Assembly: GCA_964535585.1 (NCBI GenBank)
Contig: CAZHTR010000002.1
Coordinates: forward strand, 77,169 to 141,168
From: an uncultured bacterium
GTDB lineage: Bacteria; Fidelibacterota; Fidelibacteria; Fidelibacterales; Fidelibacteraceae
Direction of reading: 5' to 3'
Length of the DNA stretch: 64,000 nucleotides
The notes beneath the pieces were generated by a model. The model did no database searches, was not told the DNA's origin, and saw nothing but the letters and a program-made list of their open reading frames with translations. Position numbers and translations under genes: made by a program. The first letter of the stretch is position 1, and the number at the start of each line of letters is the position of its first letter. This document shows positions 43,188 to 53,357 of the stretch, in pieces.

Positions 43188-46187
43188 ATGAAGAAGCTTG
43201 TTGTGGCCGTATTGGCTATTCTGATGGTTTTTCCCGCATGTGTTTATGCACAGGCAACGGGGAAGATTGTCGGAGTAGTGACGGACGTCAAGACAAACCA
43301 ACCTTTGGCCGGAACCAACGTTTTAATTGAGGGAACGGTCATGGGAGCCGCGGCGGATGCCGACGGTGTGTTTATCATCTTGAATGTCCCTGTTGGAACC
43401 TACGATGTTTCCGCATCGATCATCTCACACAAGAAACTCACGGTTCAGGAAGTACGTGTGCTTTCGGGTGTGACGACAGACCTTAGCTTCCAGTTGGAAG
43501 AATCCGTGATACGCGGACAGGAAGTGACGGTTGTCGCCGAGCGCAGATTGTTCGAAAAAAGCGTGACATCCAGTGTTTCTCTGGCAACATCCGATGAACT
43601 GGAAAATATGCCGGTTCGCGGTGTGGGAAATGTCATTTCCAACATGGCGGGCGTGATCACCCAGGATGGGTCCGTTCACGTTCGCGGTGGTCGTCCTCAC
43701 GAAGTAAAATTTCTTGTGGGTGGTGTTTCGACATCCTTGCCCACGACGAATGTGAACGTGATGACGATCATTCACGAAGCCATTGAAGAGATCCAGGTTT
43801 TTGCCGGCGGATACACCGCCGATATGGGAAATGCAAATGCCGGTATCGTGAAAACCGAGATCAAGGGCGGAACTCAGAACCTTAAAGGATCCCTTGAATT
43901 CCGTACGGACGGATTCCGCGACCCCGCATTGGGGAAAAGGGTCCTTGGCACTTACAACTACGGACACAATGCGGTTGTTGCCACTATCGGCGGACCGATC
44001 AGCGAAAAGGTCAAATTCTTTATTGCCGGTCAGTATGAGAACCGCAAAGACTCAGAAGTCCGTTTCAGCGAGGGTTTTGCTTTCGAAGGGAAGGTGAACA
44101 ACAACCCGAATGATCCGACGAACAAAGATACGGTTGATCTGGTCTATCCGGACGGATTCACACCAAACACCAGTGATATGACCTACGCGATCAATGCATC
44201 GCTCACCATGGACTTCCCGACACGTATCCGTATCGATGTCCTGCATGATTTTTCAAAATACGATCGTGTCTATAACGCGCCCCCCATGCTCAACACCTTG
44301 AGAGAGCGCACATATTATTATACGTCACCTACGACTTTGGTCACCGCAAAAGCAACAAAATTACTCTCTCCGACATCCTTTGTTGACTTGAAAGCAAGTT
44401 ATTTCCGTTATGCCCGCGAATTGAATGATCCGTATTTCGGGAACGACTGGACCAAATGGTACGACAGCACAGCCGTATACGAAGCCACGGACGGTGAAGT
44501 GGTTTACAGAAATGCATGGAGACCGAAACACAACTACGTCATCAACGGTTTCCCGATCCAACCCAAGGGCACTCCACTTAATGTTTATGCAAACGATGAA
44601 CAATTATACTGGGGATTGAATCTCGATTATGTCAATCAGGTCAATCGTCATCATGAGATCAAGGCCGGAGCGGATTTTAAACGCTATACCGTTCGCCGCT
44701 ATGTTGTCAGTCCCTCGGCGATGATCTACTCCGCGGAACCCGGCACGGTCGAAGGGTGGACAACCTACGGCAGCCTGGAAAATGTTCCAATGGATATCTG
44801 GATATTCAACGCCGGCGTGGATGCGTACGGATTTGATGCTTACGGCAATAAAACAAAAGGTGGAACGGAATATGCCGACGGAACCTACATCGATGCACCC
44901 AAGCACCCCCTGGAATTTGCCGCTTTCTTAATGGATAAGATCGAATACAACGATCTTATTATCAATGCGGGTCTGCGTTTTGATTATTTTGACACGGATG
45001 ACCGTGAGCTGGTCGACCCCGCAAATCCGGCAGTCAATCAGACCACCGGTATGCTTGCGGATACGGCATGGATCAAAAAAGCGCCTACCCTGCACATCAG
45101 TCCCCGCATCGGGTTTTCATTCCCGGTCGACGATAAGACCGTATTTTATCTGAACTATGGTCAATTTGTTCAGATGCCGCAATTGAGTGAGGCTTACTTC
45201 AGTTCCTATACCTATGCACGCCAGATCGTACGTCAGGGATACTATTTCCTCAATCCTGTCGGCTTTGGTCTGGACCCTCTGCATACAACATCCTATGAGG
45301 TGGGTTTCCGTCGCGAGATCAGTGATATCGCCGCATTTGACCTGACCGCATTTTATAAGAACGTCAAGGGTCTCATAGAAGTATTCAAACAGCTTCCCAC
45401 TCCCGGATCAACCATTCCGGGCTACTATGACCGGTTCGCCAACGGCGACTTTGCTACGCAGAAAGGTGTAGAGTTGCGCGTGAACATGCGCCGGACAAAT
45501 CGTATAGCGGGAAGCATCAACTATACGCTGACCTTCGCGGAAGGCACCGCTTCGAACAGTACATCTGCACACGGCGCGCTGTATACCAACACCATTATGC
45601 CGTCAACGATCAATCCGCTTGATTTCTCACAGATGCATACGGGCGCGATCAATCTTGATTATCGTTTCGGTGATAAGGACGGCGGTCCGATACTGCAGAA
45701 CATGGGTGCAAATCTTTTGATCAGCTTTTCCAGCGGACATCCGTTTACCCTGGTCACCGTTCCGGTCGGAGGCCAGGCGGATCCCTACACTGCAGGTATA
45801 GACTATATGCAGGATACGCGAAGCCGTATAGCTGTTGAACCCCTTGGTTCATCAAAAACACCCTGGCAGTTCTATGCTGACCTGCGTGTTGATAAATCTT
45901 TCATACTCGGTGGTATGAATGCAAATGTGTTTGTTACGGTTACGAACCTCTTTAACCGTAAGAACGTGATCAATGTTTACGAATTAACCGGAAACGCGGC
46001 CGATGACGGGTTCCTGTCAGATCCCGTACGTTCGGGAGCGAATGTTGCAAATAATGGCGGCGATGAATACATTGATATGTATACAGCAATCAACCTTGTC
46101 AACGGCCAGGCTTACTGGGATCGTATCGGCAGAGAACTGTATGGCACACCCCGTCAGATCAACGTTGGTTTCCGTCTGTCATTTTAA
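43188..46187 (+). CDS. TonB-dependent-receptor-like outer-membrane protein with an N-terminal CarboxypepD_reg domain (cassette 1)
   Basis: Signal peptide present. GKIVGVVTDVKTNQPLAGTNVLIEGT...VGTYDV; plug region VHVRGGRPHEV; barrel ending RLSF. Confidence 0.8.
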   Translation: MKKLVVAVLAILMVFPACVYAQATGKIVGVVTDVKTNQPLAGTNVLIEGTVMGAAADADGVFIILNVPVGTYDVSASIISHKKLTVQEVRVLSGVTTDLSFQLEESVIRGQEVTVVAERRLFEKSVTSSVSLATSDELENMPVRGVGNVISNMAGVITQDGSVHVRGGRPHEVKFLVGGVSTSLPTTNVNVMTIIHEAIEEIQVFAGGYTADMGNANAGIVKTEIKGGTQNLKGSLEFRTDGFRDPALGKRVLGTYNYGHNAVVATIGGPISEKVKFFIAGQYENRKDSEVRFSEGFAFEGKVNNNPNDPTNKDTVDLVYPDGFTPNTSDMTYAINASLTMDFPTRIRIDVLHDFSKYDRVYNAPPMLNTLRERTYYYTSPTTLVTAKATKLLSPTSFVDLKASYFRYARELNDPYFGNDWTKWYDSTAVYEATDGEVVYRNAWRPKHNYVINGFPIQPKGTPLNVYANDEQLYWGLNLDYVNQVNRHHEIKAGADFKRYTVRRYVVSPSAMIYSAEPGTVEGWTTYGSLENVPMDIWIFNAGVDAYGFDAYGNKTKGGTEYADGTYIDAPKHPLEFAAFLMDKIEYNDLIINAGLRFDYFDTDDRELVDPANPAVNQTTGMLADTAWIKKAPTLHISPRIGFSFPVDDKTVFYLNYGQFVQMPQLSEAYFSSYTYARQIVRQGYYFLNPVGFGLDPLHTTSYEVGFRREISDIAAFDLTAFYKNVKGLIEVFKQLPTPGSTIPGYYDRFANGDFATQKGVELRVNMRRTNRIAGSINYTLTFAEGTASNSTSAHGALYTNTIMPSTINPLDFSQMHTGAINLDYRFGDKDGGPILQNMGANLLISFSSGHPFTLVTVPVGGQADPYTAGIDYMQDTRSRIAVEPLGSSKTPWQFYADLRVDKSFILGGMNANVFVTVTNLFNRKNVINVYELTGNAADDGFLSDPVRSGANVANNGGDEYIDMYTAINLVNGQAYWDRIGRELYGTPRQINVGFRLSF

Positions 46188-46219
46188 CATTGATGAAACG
46201 TATAGTTAAGGAGTCAATA

Positions 46220-49200
46220 ATGAAGAAAATAATTATTTGCGTTATGCTTGCCGCCTTTCTCTTTGCGGTTGGCCTGACCGCTAAACCATTAGACGGTCAG
46301 CCCTTGCAAAAAAGTGCGGCAACAACAGCAGGCCAGGTTACCCGAACCTTGTCAAACCTGTCAAACTGGAGCTACTGGACGTATTATAACGGTCAGTCAG
46401 CACAAGCCCCCAACGGGAACTCCGGCGGTATTTATCCGCGAGGAACTGCCGGTGCCATCTTTCAGGATGGTTTTATCTGGGGCGGAAAAGTAGATACCAC
46501 CGGAAATAATGTGGGTGACCACATTCGTGTGGGCGGCCAGACCTATAACATCGGTACCGTTCCCGGAAGAGTGATCACCGGCGGAAATCCCAAAGGGACA
46601 TCCTGGCAAATTGCCGATCCCTCAGACCCGAGAGTACGCGTTTACCGGATCCGCCCGGATTACGAAAGTCTGACCCATGCCATGCTGGTTCAGGATGCTG
46701 CGGAACAGAATATGATCGACGCCAGTAGCGTTACGGAAGCCATGACACAAGAGATCATAGACCAGTATGCCCTCGACTGGGAAGAATGGCCGGTCGAATG
46801 GGGCGCACCCTATTATGATCTGGATGATGACGGCACCTGGACACCCGGCGTGGATGAACCCGGAATTGCACAGGCCGATCAGGTCGTATGGTATGTGGTG
46901 AACGACTACAGTCCTTCGGCAACAAACAGCTTATATGGTTCGCCGCCTATCGGACTTGAACTCCAGACGACCCTTTGGTCTTATAATCAGCCCGGTGTAC
47001 GACTTGGACAGATCATATTTAAATCTTACAAACTCATCAACAAATCCGGCCGGGCCATCACGGATATGTATGTGTCACAATGGTCGGACCCGGACCTTGG
47101 AACCTATTCCAATGACTTTGCCGGTTGCGATACGGTTTTAAGTCTGGGTTTTGCCTACAACGGGGAAGCCACGGATGCGGACTATGCCGCTTTCGACCTG
47201 CCGCCCGCGGCTATTGGATACGACTTTTTCCAGGGACCGATGGTGTCGAGTCCCGGAGACACGGCGATCTTTGAATTGAAATACGTTGCCGATCATAAGA
47301 ATCTTCCAATGACCTCTTTCGGATGGTTTGCGGCCGGTTCAGCCATCTCCGATCCGGAGTTGGGCGAATATATCGGAACACTGCAGTTCTATAACCTGAT
47401 CCGCGGATATGTGCCGACCGAAGACATAGCCAGTCCAAGCCCCTGGTATATCGGGAACAACAGCGCAAACGCCACGACCATGTTCCCGCTTTCCGGTGAT
47501 CCTGTCGCAAATACAGGCGATCTTGACGGACAGAATAATTACTTCCCGCCGGGTGACCGTCGTATCTGCCTTTCTTCCGGACCGTTCACGTTTGCTCCGG
47601 ATGATGTTCAGGAGATCGTGGTTGCCGTTGTCGGAGGTATGGGGAACACGCACCTGGGTTCGGTCACGGATCTGAAAATGACAGATGCCGTTGCGCAACA
47701 GCTTTTTGACGGATTGTTCCTTGAGGTTCCCAAACCGCCTGCAACCCCGAATGTTACCGTACGTCCTTTTGAGAACACGATCGTTCTTGAATGGGGAAGT
47801 GATGCGGCACGCGTTGCCCTGATCGAAGAAACAGAGGTATCCGGGTATGAATTTGAAGGCTATAATGTCTATCAGTTGCCGCACGGAGCCGCCAGCAAAG
47901 ATCAGGCCAAGCGTCTTGCAACCTTTGATATTGAAAACGATATTAAAGTGATCTATGAACACCGGAATCCCGCTGCTTTCGAAGGTATGGCAGTCGAAGT
48001 CCCCATCATTTACGGTACCGATTCCGGGATCCAGCGTTACCTGATCATAGATTGGGATCATATCAACAATAAACCCCTGTATGAGGGCTCGACCTATTAT
48101 TTCGCAGTGACCGCTTACAACCAGAACCACGATGAAGGAAGATTGGCCGAAAAAGCAATGGAGTCGCCGCTAATTGCATTAAGTGTTACATTGCAGGAAC
48201 CGCTTCCGGGAGTCGGACTGAATACCGAGGTCGGCAGTGAAGTCGAAGTTGAACACACCGCCGGCGCAAGCGGCGGACAGGTTCAGGTAAAGGTCGTTGA
48301 TCCATTCGCGATAACCGGTCACGACTACAGCGTTACTTTCTCTTGGAATGAAGATTCAACCGCGATCCTTTTTAATGTTATCGACGTGACCGACGGTGTT
48401 ACCCTGAGCAGCGGTAATTCCCAGGTCGTGAGCCTGAGCGACAAAGCCGGTGCACCCATTGTGGACGGACTGGAGATCAAGGTTTCGGGTCCCCCCGCGG
48501 GTGTGAAGGAAGTTGTTCAGATGGATGCTCCCGACGGAAACATTATTAAGAATTTGTTCTGGGCGCTCAACTGGATCGGTGACGGATCACAGCCCTGGCA
48601 CCGGGAAGCGGGAGCCCCTGCTTTTTATGTTGATTCCCCGCTTGGTGAAATCAATGGAGAGTTTGGTGATGCGACGTTCGACCGTTTCCACAACTGGGGT
48701 ACCTCCGATTTTGAAGTGGTCTTCGGTGATTCTTCCATTGGATGGAGCTACCTCAATGATGTGGTTCTGGACGAGAAGCTTCCCTTCGCGATCTATAAGT
48801 ATGATGTGGACGGGACCGTTCGCCGCATGTTCATTGCGATCTATGACGGCGAAGTTACCGGTACCGACGGAACCTGGGATCAGGGCCGCGGAGCAGCATT
48901 CAGCACCACCGGCGCATATGAGCGTATTTATGCGTATGACAACTCCGGAACCGGCTATCAGGTTGCCGACGAAGCAGCGTACATAGCAGCGGATGATATC
49001 TATGAGGCACCCTCCAGCACCGGCTGGGGCAGCCCTGACAACCCCTACGGTTATCCGCAAATGAACAACCTTATTATTGCGATGTATCCGGATGCGGTCG
49101 TCGGTCCGCCGGCAAACGGTTCGGTGATCCGCTTCAACACACATAAACCGATCGATGTGGATGATGTATTCACATTCTCAACCGCCGGACTTGATCCGAC

Positions 49201-49549
49201 AAGCAATGATTCCCTGATGGCAGTAGCGATCGAAAAGATCAATGTTTTCCCGAATCCTTATTATGCATACAACGAACAGGCAACATCGCCCTATGATCAA
49301 TATGTGACCTTTACCCATTTACCGGCAAAAGCCACGATAAAGATCTTCAACCTGGCGGGTGTCCTGGTTAAGACGGTTGAACATAATAATCCCACGTCCC
49401 AGTTCGCAAAATGGGATCTGACCAATGCCTCCAATATCCCGGTCGGAAGTGGAATGTATATTGCACATATCAATATGCCGGATGTGGGTGAGCAGAAGAT
49501 CCTGAAATTCATGATCATTCAGAGTAAACAAATTCTGGAATTCTATTGA
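46220..49549 (+). CDS. Large secreted protein (1109 aa) with an FN3-like domain and a T9SS-type C-terminal domain (cassette 1 cargo)
   Basis: ATG at 46220 sits behind AAGGAG, and a signal peptide is present. The C-terminal domain is INVFPNPYY...ATIKIFNLAGVLVKTV...GMYIAHI. It is a paralog of 56252..59527. Confidence 0.7.
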   Translation: MKKIIICVMLAAFLFAVGLTAKPLDGQPLQKSAATTAGQVTRTLSNLSNWSYWTYYNGQSAQAPNGNSGGIYPRGTAGAIFQDGFIWGGKVDTTGNNVGDHIRVGGQTYNIGTVPGRVITGGNPKGTSWQIADPSDPRVRVYRIRPDYESLTHAMLVQDAAEQNMIDASSVTEAMTQEIIDQYALDWEEWPVEWGAPYYDLDDDGTWTPGVDEPGIAQADQVVWYVVNDYSPSATNSLYGSPPIGLELQTTLWSYNQPGVRLGQIIFKSYKLINKSGRAITDMYVSQWSDPDLGTYSNDFAGCDTVLSLGFAYNGEATDADYAAFDLPPAAIGYDFFQGPMVSSPGDTAIFELKYVADHKNLPMTSFGWFAAGSAISDPELGEYIGTLQFYNLIRGYVPTEDIASPSPWYIGNNSANATTMFPLSGDPVANTGDLDGQNNYFPPGDRRICLSSGPFTFAPDDVQEIVVAVVGGMGNTHLGSVTDLKMTDAVAQQLFDGLFLEVPKPPATPNVTVRPFENTIVLEWGSDAARVALIEETEVSGYEFEGYNVYQLPHGAASKDQAKRLATFDIENDIKVIYEHRNPAAFEGMAVEVPIIYGTDSGIQRYLIIDWDHINNKPLYEGSTYYFAVTAYNQNHDEGRLAEKAMESPLIALSVTLQEPLPGVGLNTEVGSEVEVEHTAGASGGQVQVKVVDPFAITGHDYSVTFSWNEDSTAILFNVIDVTDGVTLSSGNSQVVSLSDKAGAPIVDGLEIKVSGPPAGVKEVVQMDAPDGNIIKNLFWALNWIGDGSQPWHREAGAPAFYVDSPLGEINGEFGDATFDRFHNWGTSDFEVVFGDSSIGWSYLNDVVLDEKLPFAIYKYDVDGTVRRMFIAIYDGEVTGTDGTWDQGRGAAFSTTGAYERIYAYDNSGTGYQVADEAAYIAADDIYEAPSSTGWGSPDNPYGYPQMNNLIIAMYPDAVVGPPANGSVIRFNTHKPIDVDDVFTFSTAGLDPTSNDSLMAVAIEKINVFPNPYYAYNEQATSPYDQYVTFTHLPAKATIKIFNLAGVLVKTVEHNNPTSQFAKWDLTNASNIPVGSGMYIAHINMPDVGEQKILKFMIIQSKQILEFY

Positions 49550-49585
49550 TGCCACATGGGAAAAAAATCACAATAAAGGAGTGTT

Positions 49586-50614
49586 ATGATGAAATATCAC
49601 AATAAATTCATGTCGCTTGTCCTGATCATGGCCCTGGTTGTTACTGTGGCTTACGCAGGGGATGTTGACCGCGCCGGAACAACCGCCGGTGTTCAGGTAC
49701 AGATCCCGGTCGGTGGCCGCAGCCTGGGTATGAGCGGATCCGATATCGCATACACCACAGGCGTGGATGCGATGTATTGGAATCCGGCAGGATTGAGCGC
49801 TTTCGATGGCCGGGTGGATGCAATGTTCTCCTCGGCAAAAAACATTGCCGAGATCGGTAATAACTTTTTCGGCATTGCCTTTAATACCGGGCAGTCCGGT
49901 GTTATCGGTATCAGCATGAAAGCACTGTCATTCGGAGAAATCCCCATTACCACCGTTCAGGATATGGATGGCGACGGGGGCGCAACCTATTCTCCCTCAT
50001 TCAGCGTGATAGGCGCAAGCTATGCAAGAAAACTGACTGACAGGATCAATGTCGGTCTGACCGCAAAACTGATCTATGAGAGTGTTCCGCGGGCAAGTGC
50101 AACATCACTTGCGTTCGATTTTGGTATACAGTATAAGGACCTCATAGAGATCAAAGGCTTGTCGCTTGGTCTTGCTATCCGGAATATCGGTACAAATATG
50201 GAATACACCGGAACCGGATTGCTGGTTTCCGCACGCCAGGTGGGTGAAACGTATAATGATTACCTCTACCATCCGACATCCTCCGACCAGTTACCGGCCA
50301 GCCTTGAAATGGGATTATCCTTCAAGCCGACGGATATGCTGATGTTAAGTGCCGTATATCAGAACAGTAACACCGAAACGGATTATCTTCGTGTCGGTAC
50401 GGAACTTAATTTCGCGAACATCGGATTTGTCCGTGCGGGATATGCCTTCCAACTGGATGGCGGATCCGAACTCGGCAACAGTGTGTACGGTCTGACCCTG
50501 GGCGCAGGCGTAAAATTCCAGATAAACCAAACGAATATCTGTGTTGATTATGTCTATCGTCCGGCACAACTGCTTGGCAATGAGAATCTCATTTGTTTGG
50601 GTGTCGGACTCTGA
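49586..50614 (+). CDS. PorV/PorQ-family outer-membrane beta-barrel (cassette 1)
   Basis: AGTTAGVQVQIPVGGRSLGMSGSDIAYTTGVDAMYWNPAGLSAF fits the PorV/PorQ N-terminal signature (FL.I..gaRa..mGga....D..a..WNPAGL). Confidence 0.7.
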   Translation: MMKYHNKFMSLVLIMALVVTVAYAGDVDRAGTTAGVQVQIPVGGRSLGMSGSDIAYTTGVDAMYWNPAGLSAFDGRVDAMFSSAKNIAEIGNNFFGIAFNTGQSGVIGISMKALSFGEIPITTVQDMDGDGGATYSPSFSVIGASYARKLTDRINVGLTAKLIYESVPRASATSLAFDFGIQYKDLIEIKGLSLGLAIRNIGTNMEYTGTGLLVSARQVGETYNDYLYHPTSSDQLPASLEMGLSFKPTDMLMLSAVYQNSNTETDYLRVGTELNFANIGFVRAGYAFQLDGGSELGNSVYGLTLGAGVKFQINQTNICVDYVYRPAQLLGNENLICLGVGL

Positions 50615-50641
50615 TCCGATCAGGAACATTATGGATTTGTG

Positions 50642-50674
50642 CACCGTCCCGGATTGACCGGGACGGTGTTTTTT
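50642..50674 (+). terminator. Strong Rho-independent terminator closing cassette 1
   Basis: CACCGTCCCGG (50642-50652) pairs with CCGGGACGGTG (50658-50668) around the loop ATTGA, followed by T6. Confidence 0.85.
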
Positions 50675-50791
50675 ATACCTGTTTAAAAAACAAATAATCG
50701 AACAAACAGCCAGAAATAAAGGTTTTATGCGCTTTTTTTCTTGGATGGCTGTAAAAATACGTGTATTTTCATATTCACAGGGAGAAATTTT

Positions 50792-51241
50792 ATGCTGGAC
50801 CAGAAAGATAAAGTCATTTTAAAGATCCTGCAGGACAATGCCAGGACATCCAACGCCGAGATCGCCCGTCACATGAACATGACGGCGTCGGCCATCTACG
50901 AACGCGTAAAAAAACTGGAAAAATCAGGGATCGTAAAAAGATATGAGACCCGGCTGGATCCCGGCGTTATGGGTCTTGATCTTTTAGCCTTTGTTCTGAT
51001 ATCCCTTTACGACCTTACAAAAATGAAAGAGACCGGCAAGGCACTTTCCCGGCTGGATAAGATCCAGGAGATCCATTATATAGCAGGAAAGGGTTCCATG
51101 CTCGCAAAGGTCCGTGCATCGGGTACGGCCGACCTGGAAAAATTACTGGATAATATTAATTTGATCGATAATGTTAAAATGACCGAGTCAACGATCGTTC
51201 TGACATCTGAGAAAGAGACATCGAAGTTATACGTAGAATAA
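50792..51241 (+). CDS. Lrp/AsnC-family transcriptional regulator
   Basis: LDQKDKVILKILQDNARTSNAEIARHMNMTASAIYERVKKLEKSGIV. ATG at 50792 sits behind GGGAGA. Confidence 0.85.
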   Translation: MLDQKDKVILKILQDNARTSNAEIARHMNMTASAIYERVKKLEKSGIVKRYETRLDPGVMGLDLLAFVLISLYDLTKMKETGKALSRLDKIQEIHYIAGKGSMLAKVRASGTADLEKLLDNINLIDNVKMTESTIVLTSEKETSKLYVE

Positions 51242-51259
51242 AATATATTGGAGGTTATC

Positions 51260-53296
51260 ATGAAGCGTATTGTTATTGCATTATGTGCAGTGCTGTTCGT
51301 ATCGGGATTGTTCGCACAGAAAGTCGCAAGCATCCCGGTCACTCACAGAGACCGCTATGAACGCATGGAAAAGGGCACCGGGCAAGAACTTTTCACCTAC
51401 CAACTGTCCAAGACAACGGCAAAATCCGCATCATCGTATGATCCGGAATTTACGGCTGTTTTGATCGATTCGAGTAAAAACGGATATGGTATGGTTTCCG
51501 GTGTAACAAATCCCATTTCCCACAGCGGAGAGACTTTTGTTATGGCTTACCGTCAATGGATCGGCGTTAACGCGTCGGCCGGTGCGATCGGTATGGCCTA
51601 CAGTCTAGACGGCGGAGAAAGCTGGACAAATGCCACCAACGTTAATGCTGAATTACCCGGGGTTACGGAAGGGCGTTATCCTTCGGCCATCGGTGCCGGT
51701 GACTATCCCTTTATCGCCTGGAGCGAATATACCGGCGTGGGATCAGGGATCGAAAACGATGCGAAACCCCTGTATGCCATGGATCAGCTTGGTTTTGGCG
51801 GCGGGTGGTTGTCCTCTCCGCAGTATATCGGATCAAACGCCACCAATCCGGAAGGTATGTGGATGGGTTGTCCGAACTATTCCGAAGATGCCTCAGGGAA
51901 TGGATTTATCAACATGACCTTCAGCACATGGCGGGAATTCGATGCGAACCAAATCGGCAGCAGAAATATCTATTTGTTCCGCACGACCAGTATGAGCGAA
52001 GGAAGCCTAACCTGGGCTCCCGCAGTTAAAATACTCGACTCAAGAACATATTTTGAACCGGGTTCGTCCAGCGGCTCAACCACGTCAGACGCCTTGATAT
52101 CGATCGCGGACAACGGGATCGGATATGTCGCCAATGTCGCTTACTGGAATGACAGCTACAGTGTGGATAATAATGCATATCACACCTTTAAATTCCGGAA
52201 AACAAGCGATCACGGCGCAACCTGGAGCGAAGAATCTTTTGATGATGATGTTCCCTACTACTTTATCCCGGACAATGTGTTCGATGACAATATTTTTGAC
52301 ATCTTTATTCCCAGTCAGATCTTTGAAGTCGTATACGGAACGGATACCGTAACCGTGGATGAACTAACCGGTGAAGAAGACACGGTCCTTGATGTCATGA
52401 ATTTTCCGGGTCTGTTCATCGGATATGATAATGAAATGATCGTTGATCAAAACGGCGGCGTACACATTATGTGTCTTGTGATCCCGGAATCGGAAGAATC
52501 CGGATATATTATGCCTACGGTACATCACGGATGCGGTTTTTATCATCTCTACTGCGCCGATCCCACACAGGAAGACGCCGAATGGAAAGTCAATTTCGTA
52601 ACCAGCATGCAGAACACCTGGCGCTTTAACTATCACAACAGCACCCGGGCATGGCAGAGCTTTTTCCCCAGCATGGCAACGTCCATTGAGGATCCGAACA
52701 TTATTTATGCCGTGTATCCGAAAGGGAACATCTATGAAGAAGACGGCTTGCTTTATATGAAAAGCTATGACATTTACGTCAGCCGTTCCTCCGACGCCGG
52801 TGTGACCTGGCAGGAAGAGATCAATGTTACGAATACGGATGATTTCGACGAGATCACGGCACATGCCGATCCGGACGCGACCAACGACAAGGTATATCTC
52901 GTTTATCAGGTTCCGGATTATTCGACCCTGACGGTTAATGAAGATGAGACTCCTGAGGATTATAAGAACCGCGTGTATTTCATGGCGGTCACACATCCTT
53001 ACAGCAGTGTGGAGCCGGTGGTTCAGATACCTGCCGCTTTTGAGCTTAAGCAGAACTATCCGAACCCCTTTAACCCTGTGACAAAGATCGAATATGACAT
53101 TCATCATGCAGGAGAATATCGTCTTGATGTTTACAATACGCTGGGTCAAAAAGTAACGACATTGTTCAGCGGATACAAAGAAAGCGGATATCATCATATT
53201 GATTTTGATGGTTCGCTGCTTCCTTCCGGTATCTATTTTTATTCGCTGACCGGCAATAATACGACACGTACGTTAAAATCAGTATTGCTAAAATAA
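51260..53296 (+). CDS. BNR/Asp-box repeat (sialidase-fold-like) secreted protein with a T9SS C-terminal sorting domain
   Basis: Asp-boxes SLDGGESW, SDHGATW and SSDAGVTW. The C-terminus is NYPNPFNPVTKIEY...KSVLLK. Confidence 0.75.
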   Translation: MKRIVIALCAVLFVSGLFAQKVASIPVTHRDRYERMEKGTGQELFTYQLSKTTAKSASSYDPEFTAVLIDSSKNGYGMVSGVTNPISHSGETFVMAYRQWIGVNASAGAIGMAYSLDGGESWTNATNVNAELPGVTEGRYPSAIGAGDYPFIAWSEYTGVGSGIENDAKPLYAMDQLGFGGGWLSSPQYIGSNATNPEGMWMGCPNYSEDASGNGFINMTFSTWREFDANQIGSRNIYLFRTTSMSEGSLTWAPAVKILDSRTYFEPGSSSGSTTSDALISIADNGIGYVANVAYWNDSYSVDNNAYHTFKFRKTSDHGATWSEESFDDDVPYYFIPDNVFDDNIFDIFIPSQIFEVVYGTDTVTVDELTGEEDTVLDVMNFPGLFIGYDNEMIVDQNGGVHIMCLVIPESEESGYIMPTVHHGCGFYHLYCADPTQEDAEWKVNFVTSMQNTWRFNYHNSTRAWQSFFPSMATSIEDPNIIYAVYPKGNIYEEDGLLYMKSYDIYVSRSSDAGVTWQEEINVTNTDDFDEITAHADPDATNDKVYLVYQVPDYSTLTVNEDETPEDYKNRVYFMAVTHPYSSVEPVVQIPAAFELKQNYPNPFNPVTKIEYDIHHAGEYRLDVYNTLGQKVTTLFSGYKESGYHHIDFDGSLLPSGIYFYSLTGNNTTRTLKSVLLK

Positions 53297-53357
53297 ACGA
53301 TAAACATAAAGAGCAGACACCCCGTTCATCGGGGTGCCTGCCGTTTAAGGGGTTTGT